Part shown: positions 40,489 to 54,204 of the stretch, in pieces
Layout: the number at the start of each line of letters is the position of its first letter
Numbering within the stretch: the stretch's first letter is position 1
NCBI RefSeq assembly: GCF_964204645.1
Contig: NC_134036.1
Coordinates: forward strand, 744,001 to 808,000
Length of the DNA stretch: 64,000 nucleotides
Source: Tubulanus polymorphus
Taxonomy: Eukaryota; Animalia; Nemertea
Reading direction: 5' to 3'
The notes under the pieces: generated by a model
Databases searched by the model: none
Seen by the model: only the letters and a program-made list of their open reading frames with translations
What the model was told of the DNA's origin: nothing
Made by a program: the position numbers and the translations under genes

Positions 40489-41013
40489 TTTATCATGTTT
40501 GAGGGGTTGAGGGGTCAGGGTTTGGGAGGGTTTATCATGTTTGAGGGGTCAGGTTCGGGAGGGTTTATCAAGTTTGAGGGGTCAGGTTTGGGAGGGTTTA
40601 TCATGTTTGAGGGGTTGAGGGATCAGGTTCGGGGGGTTTATCATGTTTGAGGGGTTGAGGGATCAGGTTCGGGGGGTTTATCATGTTTGAGGGGTTGAGG
40701 GATCAGGTTTGGGAGGGTTTATCATGTTTGAGGGGTTGAGGGATCAGGTTTGGGAGGGTTTATCGTGTTTGAGGGGTTGAGGGATCAGGTTCGGGAGGGT
40801 TTATCGTGTTTGAGGGGTCAGGTTTGGGAGGGTTTATCGTGTTTGAGGGGTTGAGGGATCAGGTTCGGGAGGGTTTATCGTGTTTGAGGGGTTGAGGGAT
40901 CAGGTTCGGGAGGGTTTATCATGTTTGAGGGGTTGAGGGATCAGGTTCGGGAGGGTTTATCGTGTTTGAGGGGTTGAGGGATCAGGTTTGGGAGGGTTTA
41001 TCATGTTTGAGGG
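40489..41013 (+). repeat. G-rich 40-41-bp minisatellite with 33-34-bp variants
   Basis: gggagggtttatc(a/g)tgtttgaggggttgagggatcaggtt(c/t). Confidence 0.92.
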
Positions 41014-42360
41014 TCTACTATGTTTCAGAGTTTATCATATTTGAAGGTTTCTCTATAAATTATCAACAAGCTACTGAGTATAGAGAGACTAGAAAAGGTC
41101 AATGGACTCAGTCGACCGGTTCAGTCGACCAGTCAGCCGGTTTCCGCTGTCGCCGACCTGGCTTGTTTTTCCGATATTAAAACATTTATAGACGATTTTA
41201 TCGCGTATTAAACAAACAATAGTCGACCAGCAACGCGCGGCGCCTCGTCGAGCGAGATTAGTCGAGATATCAATCTCAAAATGAAATGAGATTCACTGGA
41301 GACGAAGACAACTTAATCGAGAGATATTTTCTATTATCCACTCAAAAAACCAATGGTTTTATAGATCAATTTTCATCTCTTCATTCAAGAAGTTTAAATG
41401 AGTTTTTAAGAAGTCTTTTCATACATACACTATCTCACACACACACAGACAATTATAGGCTATAGAATTTATTCTCAGGGCATCAAAAACCTCAGATTGA
41501 CGCAAAGTTGTCACAGTGAATAAAGCAGTAATTGCGGTGTAATCAGAGTTCCGCGTTCAGATCTGCTTTATGTCAATTGTCAGATTATTTTGTCATTTTA
41601 AGCCTCGGCAAAGAGAGAGGGGAAAGTAAAAAACGTAGATTGATAAATGGAACCTTTCTGAACGGAAGAAGGAAACAGAATTCCGTCAAAATCTGCCTCA
41701 ATCCCCCCCAACCAAAAAAAAATTCAAACAACTAAAAATCAAGGAATTACTATATACAAGATATGAAGTTCACGATATGACACCTGATATCAATGACACC
41801 TGATGAACTCAAGTTTCAAATATCCAAAGAAAAAGTCTGGCATTTTCGACTGAATTTGTTCACACAGACAAAACAAACACAGACTTTTAACCAAGTCCAA
41901 GGAACTATTGAAAGGAATATGAATGAATTCAGTGATTTTTGGTATAAATTTCTAATTGAATATAAACTCTGATTTGTAAATGTACTGCGCGTAAAAATCT
42001 ATTCATTATAAATCAGACAGCTTTATCTCAATCTGACCGGAGTCTCAGTCTCCGGGTTTAATCGAATTAATATCAGGCTGCAGTAAGGTCAAACATTTCA
42101 TGCGTTATCAAAGATCTTATCTTAATGTCATTAGGAATGTTATATACAAAACTGGAGAGGGAGAGATTGGAGAGATTGGATGAGATCGCAGGCATACAAA
42201 TAGAATATCGTGTATAAATTGTTTGTTAAAATCTATTTATTCTTGCTTGTGTCAGTGTCAGCGTCAGGAGACATAGCCGTAGGGTACAACACTAATCAGC
42301 CTTCACTGCCAGCAGTCTCTCACTTAGTGCACCAGCCGTCTACAGTTCATGAACTCATCA

Positions 42361-43626
42361 TTCCTCTATCTCTCCTCTTACCTCTCTCCCTCTCCTCCTT
42401 CCTCAGTCTCTGCTGCCTGTTTCCACTATTTTTTCTCAAATTTTCCCTCTTCTCTCCCCTCTCCTCCTCTCTCCCTCTCCTCTCCCGACCTGTCTCCTCT
42501 CATATCTCTCCCTTCTTCTCCCCATTCCCCTCTCCCTTCCTCTCTCTCCGCTCCTTCTCTCTCCCTCTCCTCTCTCCTCCCTTCTCCTCTCTCCCTTCTC
42601 TTCCTCTCCTCTCCCTCCCTGAGTCCTCTCATATCTCTCCCTTCCTCTCCCCACTCCCTTCTCTCCACTCTTCTCTCTCCTCCTCTTCTATTCTTCTCAT
42701 CATTCCTCTATCTCTCCTCTTACCTCTGTCCCTCTCCTTCCCTTCTCTCCTCTCTCCTGTCCCCTTCTCCCTTCTTCTCCCTCTCTCCTCTGCCCCTCCC
42801 TTTCTCACTCTTCTCCCCTTCCTCTCTCCATCTCCACTCTCTTCTCCCCACTCTCCACTCTCTTCTCCCCTCTCCTCTCTTCCTTCCTCTCTCCATCTCC
42901 ACTCCCCTCTCTCCCTCTCCTCCCTTCCTCTCTCCATCTCCACTCCCCTCTCTCCCTCTCCTCTCTTCCTTCCTCTCTCCCTCTCCTCCCTTCCTCTCTC
43001 CATCTCCACTCCCCTCTCTCCCTCTCCTCTCTTCCTTCCTCTCTCCCTCTCCTCCCTTCCTCTCTCCATCTCCACTCCCCTCTCTCCCTCTCCTCCCTTC
43101 CTCTCTCCATCTCCACTCCCCTCTCTCCCTCTCCTCCCTTCCTCTCTCCATCTCCACTCCCCTCTCTCCCTCTCCTCTCTTCCTTCCTCTCTCCCTCTCC
43201 TCCCTTCCTCTCTCCATCTCCACTCCCCTCTCTCCCTCTCCTCCCTTCCTCTCTCCATCTCCACTCCCCTCTCTCCCTCTCCTCTCTTCCTTCCTCTCTC
43301 CCTCTCCTCCCTTCCTCTCTCCCTCTCCTCCCTTCCTCTCTCCATCTCCACTCCCCTCTCTCCCTCCACTCTCTTCTCCCTTCTCTCCACTCTCCTCTCT
43401 TCCTTCCTCTTCTATTCTTCTCATCATTCCTCTATCTCTCCTCTTACCTCTGTCCCTCTCCCCCCTTCTCCCCTCTTCTCCCTCTCTCCTCTGCCCCTCC
43501 CTTTCTCACTCTTCTCTCCTTCCTTCCTCTCTCCCTCTCCTCCCTTCCTCTCTCCCTCTCCACCCTTCCTCTCTCTCCTCTCTTCTCTCCTCTCTCCCTC
43601 TTCTTCTATATCTCCCATACATCTCT
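42361..43626 (+). repeat. 1.3-kb polypyrimidine low-complexity tract with internal block duplications
   Basis: Almost entirely C/T; source of the spurious 531-aa and 433-aa ORFs. Confidence 0.92.
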
Positions 43627-45599
43627 TTCAGTTTCTATCAACTCAATTAGTGATCATGAATAAATGTATAAACTATTGTTTCTCCGGAGTCTCGTGTCGA
43701 GTCGAGAGAGATGTGACTCAAACCTCCATTGACCGACCTATTATTTTATTCTATTGTATTCCACACGCTCAGTTAGTGCGTAAACCTCTTATCGGCAGGA
43801 TGTAACAAACATCCCTCTTCATCAGAGCGGTAGGGGGGGATATCAGCGACATACCCGATCCCTGCTGTGTCACAGTTCAAAGTGTTTATCACAGACCATT
43901 CATTCACGCGTCTCACCTGAAGTCGATCGACAAAAACACAACCACGTTTTTTTTTTGTTATTCGCTCGCAACCCTTTCATTGTCTTTACTAAACGAGTAA
44001 CCATGGCAACCGCGGTAACTAACAATGCCGCGATATCGGCGATACGTCGTCGGAAACATCGCCGATCGTCATGACGATTGTATCAACAATGGTCGCTGAA
44101 GCGTGCATGATTGTGAGCGACAGATCGTCAATGGATGATTATGTCAGAGTAAAGAAAAACAAATATTCTACAAATCTATCTGATCCGGACCAGGTACTGC
44201 CGCTGCTGCTGCTGTTGCTGCTGGTGCTGCTGCTGCTGCTGCTGTGACTGCTGCTGCTGCCGCTGCCACTGCTGGTGATAATTCAAATGATGAAATGATA
44301 AATTCACTTGTGATTGGTCACTTTTTGAAGACTAGCAAGAAGGGGATGGTTGTAAACCAGGGCAGGATGTGAATACCACATTTCTGGTGGAACCATTGAT
44401 AAAAGGACGCACAGCGCAAATCACTTAAGTTGCTGTAGTTGTTGATGAGTTACACTTAGTACATTGAATTGAATTGCAAATACAAATTGAGACTCAAAAA
44501 TAGAGATGACTTCAGTAATGTGATGACTTATCCAAATGATTAGTAAATTGATTTAGAAATACAAATCAAAAATAGAAACAACTTCAGTATTGTGACAATC
44601 TAAGTGATCTTAACTGTACATGAACTAGAGCCAAATGATTCAGGGATCTGATCATTCTCTTAGGAACCGGGACCAGATTGTGAGGTATCTGTTTCTCCTG
44701 TACACAGTTTACTCGTCGACTATCTCAGTTCTAAAATATCGAGTTTTCAACTGTCACTTGTACTATGAATAATTTAAACTCGCGCTCGCGATAATCTCAA
44801 TAATCTCATGAGATTCTCGCGTTGACATTAACAGGTATTTGATACGTTAAAACCCCGTCGAACAAAATGGCAAAGGTAAATCAACCTTTATAACTACATC
44901 GATATTCTCTAGAAAATTGAAAGAAATAACAGATCTATTCAAGTTTTCGTTTTAATAAAATTCACAAAATTGCTGACTAATAGTAGAACAAATCAAACAT
45001 AAAAAGGGTGGACACTCTTATCCGACTATTCCCTGACACACACGTTGTTTTCCCTGACTTGATCTGCTAAGAATTCAATCAATTAACACCAGTCAACTAC
45101 CTAAGACATAGAAGGAAACTATTTGATCTCGTGATCTAGCAATTACAATGATTTTTAGCTTCTTTTACAAAATTCCCTTAGATTTAGAAAAGTAAAATTC
45201 CCCGATTTCAGGATAAGTTTGGCCGCCCAGGCTTTTTGATTTAGAACAAGGATTGAGTTTTCTCTGAATAGATATATAGCAACTATCTCGCAATGGTTTC
45301 TGCACTTTTCTTTAGTGAGCGGCGTTGAATATTCCACTGATCCCTCTCTCCCTCTCTCTCTCTCTCCCTCTCTGTTTCAGCGAGAAGGTGCGTCTATTGT
45401 CCGGCTATACCTGACCGGAATAACAACAACCATTGAGGGATTGATGATGAATGTTTTGAACGCTCGATGTGAACGTTAATGAACTTCAGAACGAACAGAC
45501 GAGCGATATTCGTGGTCGGATTCATGTATTAAGGGACAGCCTTGACAAGTTTTTCTATAAGTACATATTGTGTAGTACTTTATACTGACATCATCAGCG

Positions 45600-45880
45600 A
45601 GTAGAGTGGCAGGGGGGGGGGGGGGCTTCCTCTCAGCTCGGCCTCAACCAACAACATTAGACACTATACCAACTAGCACGCACACCTCTCAGGGAGTAGA
45701 GTGGAAGGGGGGAGGCTTCCTCTCAGCTCGGCCTCAACCTACAACATTAGACACTATACCAACTAGCACGCACACCTCTCAGGGAGTAGAGTGGCAGGGG
45801 GGAGGCTTCCTCTCAGCTCGGCCTCAACCAACAACATTAGACACTATACCAACTAGCACGCACACCTCTCAGGGAGTAGA
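45600..45880 (+). repeat. 90-bp tandem repeat x3
   Basis: acactatacc recurs at 45661, 45751 and 45841. Confidence 0.92.
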
Positions 45881-47244
45881 ACAACATTTAGAGTCCAAAC
45901 GTACACCTCTCAGTCTATACAGATGTGACCTGCCTTCAACTAAAAATACTAGATTTCTTAAAACAGGACTCTCTCAACAGACCAAACGTTATTATCAAAA
46001 TTCATAAAATATTTTCATAGGAATCTCACGTCTATTGCTAATTAATTAAGGCACTCGGATTGGCTTCGTTAATTAGGTTTAATCAGAATGAAACAACCTC
46101 AGAGAGATAACAACCGCGCTGGAACTGGTGTTAGACAGGGATACATCGCGTGACACACACCCAACACACCCTTACATCTTCCGAGACATAAAAAAAAAAA
46201 CAACAAGGGCCACCAGCGCAGCATATTGTCCGTCGTCAGTCAGCTGCGGAGTCATTCACAGGTGCAGCATATTGTCAGTCGTCAGTCAGCTGCGGAGTCA
46301 TTATTTATTTACATCAGGTCATGTTTCTAGCAGTCGTGTTACTGTAACAGATGGGATCAAAAAAGTCGCTCGCGTGTCGTCGTCGTAATAAAACAGCTTG
46401 AATTCCTCATCTTTCATCTACATCCTCGCGTCGCCGAGTCGTCAGACTTCATCAGAATCCTTCATTACAATGCGTTACATTGTACTTCTCTAGTATCTAT
46501 AGACATCGTTTCCCAAACAACGTCTAAGGACAAACTGCGTATATCCGGTTAATGTAGTTTATTTGAGTACAAACGTTTGATTTGATGATAAAATCAGTGG
46601 TTGCGCTGCAAGAAACCGGAATTTGAAAGTTTGGTTATGCCGACTCAGAAGCTAAACTCTGAGTTAACCAGTGGATAGTTGACATAGTGACAATAAAATT
46701 TCATCGTTACTATGGTATTTATCCACCGGTTATCTTTAACAAACTTTTCGGCAACTGCAGCCCCTGGAAATCGCATTATCCATCTTAAAAGAGAAACTGA
46801 TTTTTCCGAGTCTTTTGAAGAAAATTTGAAAGATATTGAAATATTTTGCAAAGCTTTTTCTTTTAATCAAGACAAAAATCTTTGACGCTTAATTCTACAC
46901 GACCACGCGGTTTAAAGAAGGCAATCTGCAGGTGTTAGTTTATGTCGAGACGTGAACCAGGCATGTAGCGCGCGCGCCTTCATCAAATCTTAAAACCAGA
47001 AAACTGATTGAAACCCGTGACAACGCGAGACGACGACGACGACGAGAAAAAATTGAATTAGACGAAATCGCAGCAATTCGTTCGGAGCTGGCGACATCGC
47101 GTCTACCGATCGTAAACTAATGATTCATCATACCGCATTCACCTGCCGCAGAACGCTTCTAATACCATGCATGCACGCATATACCCTCACAGGTAGAAAC
47201 TGCAAGTATTGTCAACAATATCTAACAGCAAATCTTGCGAAGTG

Positions 47245-47509
47245 ATAAGATAAAAACCCACTATCTACAGATTAAAAGAATTTAAAACCAAGAATTCATT
47301 TATTCAATCAATCTAAAATATATAAAATACACGACGTTTCGATCTCACCCTAGAGATCATCGTCAGGGCCCAGTCGCACAGTCGTGACTTAAGTCCAATA
47401 GTGGTCTTAAATCTTAAGACTGGTCTTAAGTTGTTAGATTAGCTATAGAACTAAGTTGGTGTTAGACAGGTCTTACGTCATGACTATTGAACCGGTCCCT
47501 CAGGTGTGA
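47245..47509 (-). mobile_element. Solo copy of the same hammerhead element, interrupted by a MITE
   Basis: 47245-47366 is near-identical to 17625-17742 and resumes as gtgtga at 47504-47509. Flanked by 15-bp direct repeats with 2 mismatches (47230-47244, 47510-47524). Confidence 0.72.
47367..47500. mobile_element. Harbinger-like MITE family A, inserted in the hammerhead core
   Basis: GGCCCAGT...ACCGGTCC ends, CAG on both sides, interior homologous to 33846-33983. Confidence 0.7.
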
Positions 47510-48802
47510 AAGTCTTGCAAAGTGGTTTTTTCATTCATTCATTTAATCATTTATGATACACTCTTCTAGACTCATATTATGTGTCGTCTATTTTTCCTCT
47601 GATTCTAAGTCGGAGTAGTCACACCTTGTCGTCAAGAGTCTAAAGTTCGCACGGAATAAGTTTACGAGTATTTTTTGGCTTAGCAGTTCTAGTAAACACG
47701 CGAGTTGAAGTAATCGGAATCTTAAATTTTACTTCACGTCGACCTTGGACACGTTTTATGGACAGCCCCGCAGAATATCTAACGGCAAAAACTGTCGACA
47801 ATTCGCGAATTTTGATGTGATATCTCAACTATTCATTCATATGTTTATCAAGAGTGATAAACAATATTCAGCAGTTATATATAAATACAGTGATATAGCT
47901 GTCAGACTTTCCCTTCCTATCAATTCACTGAGACCGCAAAATTTAAAATTCTGATTATCATTTCAACTCATATATCTACTGCCTCAGGGATTACCGCAAA
48001 AAAATATTTGTCTCGTAAGCTAATTCCACATGGATACAATTCTGATAATCTCAAACTATTTTGATATTTTGCGTGAGATCCTATTTCAGGCTTTAAGCGA
48101 AAATTTGAATGCAGCGAAGAAAAGTCAAACGCAATGAATGGACGTAAATTGACTTTAGACGGCGGAGAAAAATAGCGTTAGCCCGAAGCAAGTGAGTTTA
48201 TCACGATGACGATCTGTTGGTGAAGCTATAGACGCAGACTATACACAGCCTATACACAGCCTATACACGGCGACTCCTGCGTTAGAAATCAAAAGAGAAA
48301 TATGGAAGTGATTGTTATCCGGTGAAAAGTCATCTGTTCAAAATGGCATTCGAGCGAGTCTCGTGAAGAAAAATGAATGGTTCGAAAAAGTCTGTGCGTA
48401 ATTACGAGGTCGGTGAATAGGAAAGTCAGCGTCATTCATTCCCGTTGACCCCCTGACTGACCCCTCTCAACTGACTGCACTGGGGAAAAGATTGCATTTA
48501 TACGGATGACTGCAGATCATAGTGCAATTCAGTGCATTCAATATTAAGCCAATTTAGCCACAAAATTCGCACTATCGGCGCAGGGTTTTATAGCTATAGT
48601 CATCATTAACATAATTGGCAATATGAAAAGGTTCTTATTCTAAGGTATTATTGTCAAACATTAATGAATTCTAAAAGTGGAAAATAATTACATTTTTAGT
48701 TGATGTACTTTTCATAATCGGGTAATGAACTAAAAGTGTCAGAATCTGGCAGAAAATATTGTATGATTAAACAACGAAACTAAACAATGAACAAATCATC
48801 TC

Positions 48803-49245
48803 AGCTCATATAGCTCGTGTAGCTCATGTATCTCATGAAGCTCGTGTAGCTCGTGTAGCTCATATAGCTCGTGTAGCTCATGTAGCTTGTGTACCTCGTA
48901 TAGCTTGTGTAGCTCATATAGCTCGTGTAGCTCATGTATCTCATGAAGCTCGTGTAGCTCATATAGCTCGTGTAGCTCATATAGCTCGTGTAGCTCATGT
49001 AGCTTGTGTACCTCGTATAGCTTGTGTAGCTCATATAGCTCGTGTAGCTCATGTATCTCATGAAGCTCGTGTAGCTCATATAGCTTGTGTAGCTCATATA
49101 GCTCGTGTAGCTCATGTAGCTTGTGTACCTCGTATAGCTTGTGTAGCTCATGTAGCTCGTGTAGCTCATGTACCTTGTGTACCTCGTATAGCTTGTGTAG
49201 CTCATGAACCTCATGTAGCTCATGTACCTCACGTTCCTCGTGTAG
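48803..49245 (+). repeat. 9-bp minisatellite gctc(g/a)tgta with higher-order blocks
   Basis: 9-bp period; source of the (YTS/YMS)n ORF. Confidence 0.9.
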
Positions 49246-51217
49246 TTCAGTTTTAACCTGTAATTGCCTCGATCAATTCTCTTCACATTCATGATCGTCG
49301 ATCGTTGTCGACGGCGACGGACAGACGGACGGCCGGCGCGCGCGACGGGAAACCGATAAAACCTACGATTGGTCATCAATTCGTGGAAATCAATCAATGA
49401 TCGATTCCGGAGACGGGGAATGAATTCAGACGAGACGAACGCAGACACGTCTACAGCAGAGGGGAAGACAGTGGAGAACAGATCTCAAAGATGGCAGAGG
49501 GGAAAATGAGACAGAATGGAATGAGGGGCATCTGAAAACCACCTTATTCTGTGACTATTACGAGAGAAGATTTTCCCTGAATTGTATGATAGGATCCTTG
49601 CGCCTTGTGAGAATAATTCATTATTTCTATTATCATTAAGAAGAAGGATATTGGGTAGAGAGGATGTAGATTTAGGTGGAGGGTGAGAGAGAAGGGGAGA
49701 TTGAGGGGGGGGTGACGTATAGGATGTCGAGAATTTAAAAGACAGATTGGACGCGGAACGTTGAATGGTAAGAGTGTAACGAGGAGCGAGAGAGGCGCCG
49801 AGCTTTGAGACACTATGATGCCACCTGGTGGATTATATAAGAACTACTACGGTACAATGATGTAATTGGTGAGGATGCTGCAGCTGCTGATACCGCCGCC
49901 GCTGCTGCTGCTGCTGATACCGCCGCCGCTGCTGCTGCTGCTGCTGCTGCTTCAGATGATGAAATAGATCGATATAATCTATATCTGATAACACCAGTAC
50001 CCAATGGTATATATATATATACCGTAATATCGTCGATCACTTCTACTCAATGATAGACAATATATCAGTTTACAGTTACATTGTATTACAATTACAATTA
50101 CAATGTATTACAATTAATGACACTGCATTAGTACAAACCAGTACATTGTAATACAACTATTAATTAAAATCATTAAAATTGTAATAGTTTCTGTAGTGAG
50201 TGCCTTGTTATGTTATTTGAGGTACCTTTAATATATGCACAAGACACAGAATTTCTGGTAAAAAATCCTAAGATTTCTTTAAAGGGAAATGGATTTCACA
50301 GCATCAGAAAGCATTACTTGATTCGTAATGATCTTCAAGATGAATGAGGAGAGATGGATAATGGTTGGTATAAACCATTGATGAAACGATCGGAGTCTGT
50401 TTTAAAATCTGCTGATAACAATCATAAAATCATTAGAAATGTTAAAATAATCATGAACTCGAGAAAAATTCTTTATTCTGGGACTTCAGATAACAGTAAG
50501 GATTGATGATATTTAAGCCATGTTGCAGTTTAGTATTCAGCTCATAGAAATTCACTGAAACATATTTTTGTTATGTAATGAAATCACATATAACTAGAAA
50601 TGTTAAAGTTCTCACACGAGCATGAGAGCCGCCGCCGAGCGCCGGAAGGTTTAATTATCCATAAACGAAGAAAGCGTACTAGTCGATTTAGATCAGCCCA
50701 GCCCGGAGCTTCCTGACGAAAACGCGACGGTCGGTCGGTCGGGGAGTTAGTCGATATCGAGGCCCTCAAGAGTAAAATACTCACACAACTTGCGATTGTG
50801 AATCAAAATCGAAGCCTAAAGCATCGTAGACAATATAATTAGTGTGTATTACGCCCTCAGTCTCCCCCTCCCTCTCCTCCCTCTCTTACTAATTGATTCT
50901 TACTCATTATTATAAAATGAGGGGATACCCTCTCGAAAGTGAGAGAATATTAATCATCATTATAGATCTGAATTCAGTAATTACTGATTCATACAGAAAT
51001 TTAACTCGTGTCAACTATTGCGCCAAATTATATCATCTTAGTAAATATTTCATTACCTTTGTCTCCACATCAATTTCTTGTTGTTATCATAAAAATGTAG
51101 TCAGCCAGTTTTCGCATTCCAAACTGGAACAGTCGACGATTCTTTGAGAATTAGCGCCGTTATCGCGTTGTCGAATAGCTGTCGAGAAGAATTTGAAGTA
51201 AAGAATTTTTCACTTAC

Positions 51218-51281
51218 GTTTCTCGTTGATGTTTGCCGACACTGAATTATGTTTTTACTGCCTCAATAATCAATTAATTAA
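51218..51281 (-). other. Candidate 64-nt internal non-coding (5'UTR) exon
   Basis: Acceptor tctcttttctaattttcag and donor AAC|gtaagt, both near consensus. Confidence 0.45.
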
Positions 51282-51342
51282 CTGAAAATTAGAAAAGAGA
51301 ATATTTTTAAACAGGGATTAAACAATAAACAACCGTTACACG

Positions 51343-51635
51343 GCAAAACTCACAGTTTCTAACAGTTTATTCTGTCAGTTCCAAAGTTTCGACTAAATTC
51401 ATCATTATATCATTATCATCATATTCTTATTTCTCTGACGACGTTTAGTGTAGCCTAATGAGCAAAACTCACAGTTAATGATTTAACAATTTCAGGAAGT
51501 TTTGACTAAACTTTATCCTTATTTCAGATTATCATATTCTTATTTCTCTGATGACGTTTAGTGTAGCCTAATGAGCAAAACCCACAGTTAATGATTTAAC
51601 AGTTTATTCTGACAATTTCACGAAGTTTTGACTAA
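51343..51635 (+). repeat. Degenerate tandem repeat of about 111-119 bp, about 2.5 units
   Basis: gcaaaac(t/c)cacagtt and ctga(c/t)gacgtttagtgtagcctaatga recur. Confidence 0.75.
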
Positions 51636-51870
51636 GCTATATCTGTTCATATACAGTAACTCAGATCAACATGAATCTCTACGAATGATCACAACACTGG
51701 CATCCCTATATACCGGTACCTTAAACTCATCTTTTAATAATTCAAGTTGATAAAACCATTAAATTCTTAAAATATTGCTGCAAATAATCTCTGAACAATT
51801 TACCGAATAACAACAAGAACAAAAGGTGAAAGAACTGAACGAACACAGAATTCGAAAATACAAATCTTAC

Positions 51871-52060
51871 GATAACTGCAAAATATCAACTAAAATTCCG
51901 TCTTCAAACAAGAATTATCCAGCATTATTTCTTCTTCAACTCTTTCATTTTACCGAAAGAAACGTTGAGAAGAAAAGACGAAGATGATGATATTTGCTCA
52001 CACAACACAAACTCCAGTTCCGTAGCGTTCAAAGAAAACACGCGTCTAGTACTAACTAAA
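51871..52060 (-). promoter_or_regulatory. Candidate alternative non-coding first exon
   Basis: Inr-like TTAGTT near 52058 downstream of a long GA/TC tract; donor ATC|gtaaga at 51870. Confidence 0.35.
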
Positions 52061-52230
52061 CCGAATAAACCGGACCCCCCCGCTAACAGGCAATCTTACA
52101 ATACGTGTTAAACGCAATATTTTTGCAATCAGAAACTGAAGAACTTCCAGCAGAGAATTCTCCTTCCATACTTCACTATTTCAACTATTACTGATTTTTT
52201 ATTCGTTTTTCTTCTCAAAGGAAGGGTAAA

Positions 52231-52489
<259 letters not shown>

Positions 52490-53572
52490 ACAAAATCTCC
52501 TCTCAAGACTTGGAACAGATAGTCTAGTTTTTCTAAATATTCCTTGCATTCACTTTTAAAAGCTGCAATAAAAGCATTAAAACCATTTAGCTATTAGTAA
52601 AAAGCATTAAAACCATTTAACTAGAAAAAAAATCCCTTCGCATTTTGAAAGGCTTTTACTATTATATTCGATCGTGTTTAGTTTTGACAGGTTGGTAATT
52701 AAGGTTTGCTTTGGAATTCATGTTTCAGCAAAAGAAGATACCCGTCCACTTGAAGCTATAGACTAATCAACTAACGACGCGAAGATTTCAAATACATGCC
52801 CACCTGAATGCCAATGAAGCTTAGACTTAAAGCGTCATCCCAGGTTTTATGATTTCATTATCTATCTATCATTTATCAGCAGATTTACAATAGAAGTGAA
52901 TAACTGGCCATTTGACAAATGAATTAGAGACTTTTAACCCTTTAAATTACTTTGAACCAAGACCCAGGATTTTTTTTGTATAAACAGATATGGGATATGG
53001 CTCGTCAGTTTGAAATCTATTGTCGTCGAGACGCTTTACGCTAACTTGTTGAATGAGATATAATCGGATTTAAAATAAAAAGCCCAGAGCTTCTTCCCGC
53101 TGACCCCCCCCCCCTGCTTTAGAATTAATCCCCCCACCCACACAAGGATTAACCTCAAGTATAGAAATATATATATATATAACTCTTTCTTTGATGTTGT
53201 TGTTGAACTAATGGCATTAATGCAACAATTACATGACAGACAATCAACTGGAATACTCTCGAGGGATTTCGGTATTTTTCCAGGGTTTATCGATTCACCA
53301 ACTCGATATATCGATAAACAATATCGACACAGCGATGAACTATATATACATGAAAACCGATTAGTTTTTGATGTTTTATTTGATGTGAATAAAAGGTCTA
53401 ATGGGTTTAGAAAAGACTATAATCCAAGTGGTTTTAAAAACATGTTGAGTATAAACTCAACTGTATCAATTTTTTTTTCATTTTCATCTCATACTTTGCT
53501 CAAATTCTAATATATATATTTTCCAGTTATTTACATAGAATATAATGTTTATCATAGTCAAATATCATTACA

Positions 53573-54204
53573 ATTTCTATATAGATATCTATTAGAATCA
53601 ATGAATGAATGAATGACTGATTGCCAGGGCTATAGATATTCAAATTTCTACTATAGACTTATCAGTCCTGGTCTCTGATTGGTCCTCTCATGTCACATGA
53701 GTTGTCTGCAAAGCCTAGGGTTACTGTGATTGGCCAACCCTAGATCCTAAGTTGGCCAGTTAGGGTTGCTGTGATTGGCTTATCCTAACCCTAGGTATGT
53801 TAGGGTCACTGTGATTGGCTGGTCACTGTTTGGTCCTCTCATGTCACATGGGTTGTCTCTAGGGTTGCTGTGATTGGCTTACCCTAGTTCCTATGGTGAC
53901 CTAGTGGTCTGGTAGAGTTACTGTGATTGGCTAACCCTAGGTCTCCAATGTTGACCAGTGATTTGTTAGGGTTATTGTGATTGACTGATCCTAGTAGCTG
54001 GTCACTGATTGGTCAGTGGTGGTCATGTGACCTCAGTGAGTAGTGGTGTCACACAATACTATATACTGCCAGTTGTAAACAGTGAATTAAGGGCCCTGAC
54101 TACATACCTCATATTTTGCGGGTTTACAAGAATCAGGTGTCAGTTCATGGGTCTCATGGTTGTGAAAGAGTAAACAGCTAATTTAGGACCCCATTCAACA
54201 TTCA
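53573..54204 (+). mobile_element. Dispersed repeat, copy 2, with more ctgtgattgg subrepeats and an insertion of about 100 bp
   Basis: Same 5' boundary and collinear blocks as 349-712. Confidence 0.75.

Noticed and set aside
42210-43805. 531-aa and 433-aa ORFs and their antisense ORFs
   Set aside because: Translations of a C/T low-complexity tract that lacks stop codons by composition; open in several frames.
43911-43945. Second recursive-site candidate (ttcag|gtgaga)
   Set aside because: The polypyrimidine tract is interrupted and weak; likely by chance in 50 kb.
48801-49448. 215-aa (YTS/YMS)n ORF, and similar repeat ORFs at 7479, 8781 and 38321
   Set aside because: Products of minisatellites, with no exon context.
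51435-51470. CTGA(C/T)GA plus stem in the 51.3-51.6 kb tandem repeat as a hammerhead
   Set aside because: Lacks the GAAA core and an NUH site in the correct position.
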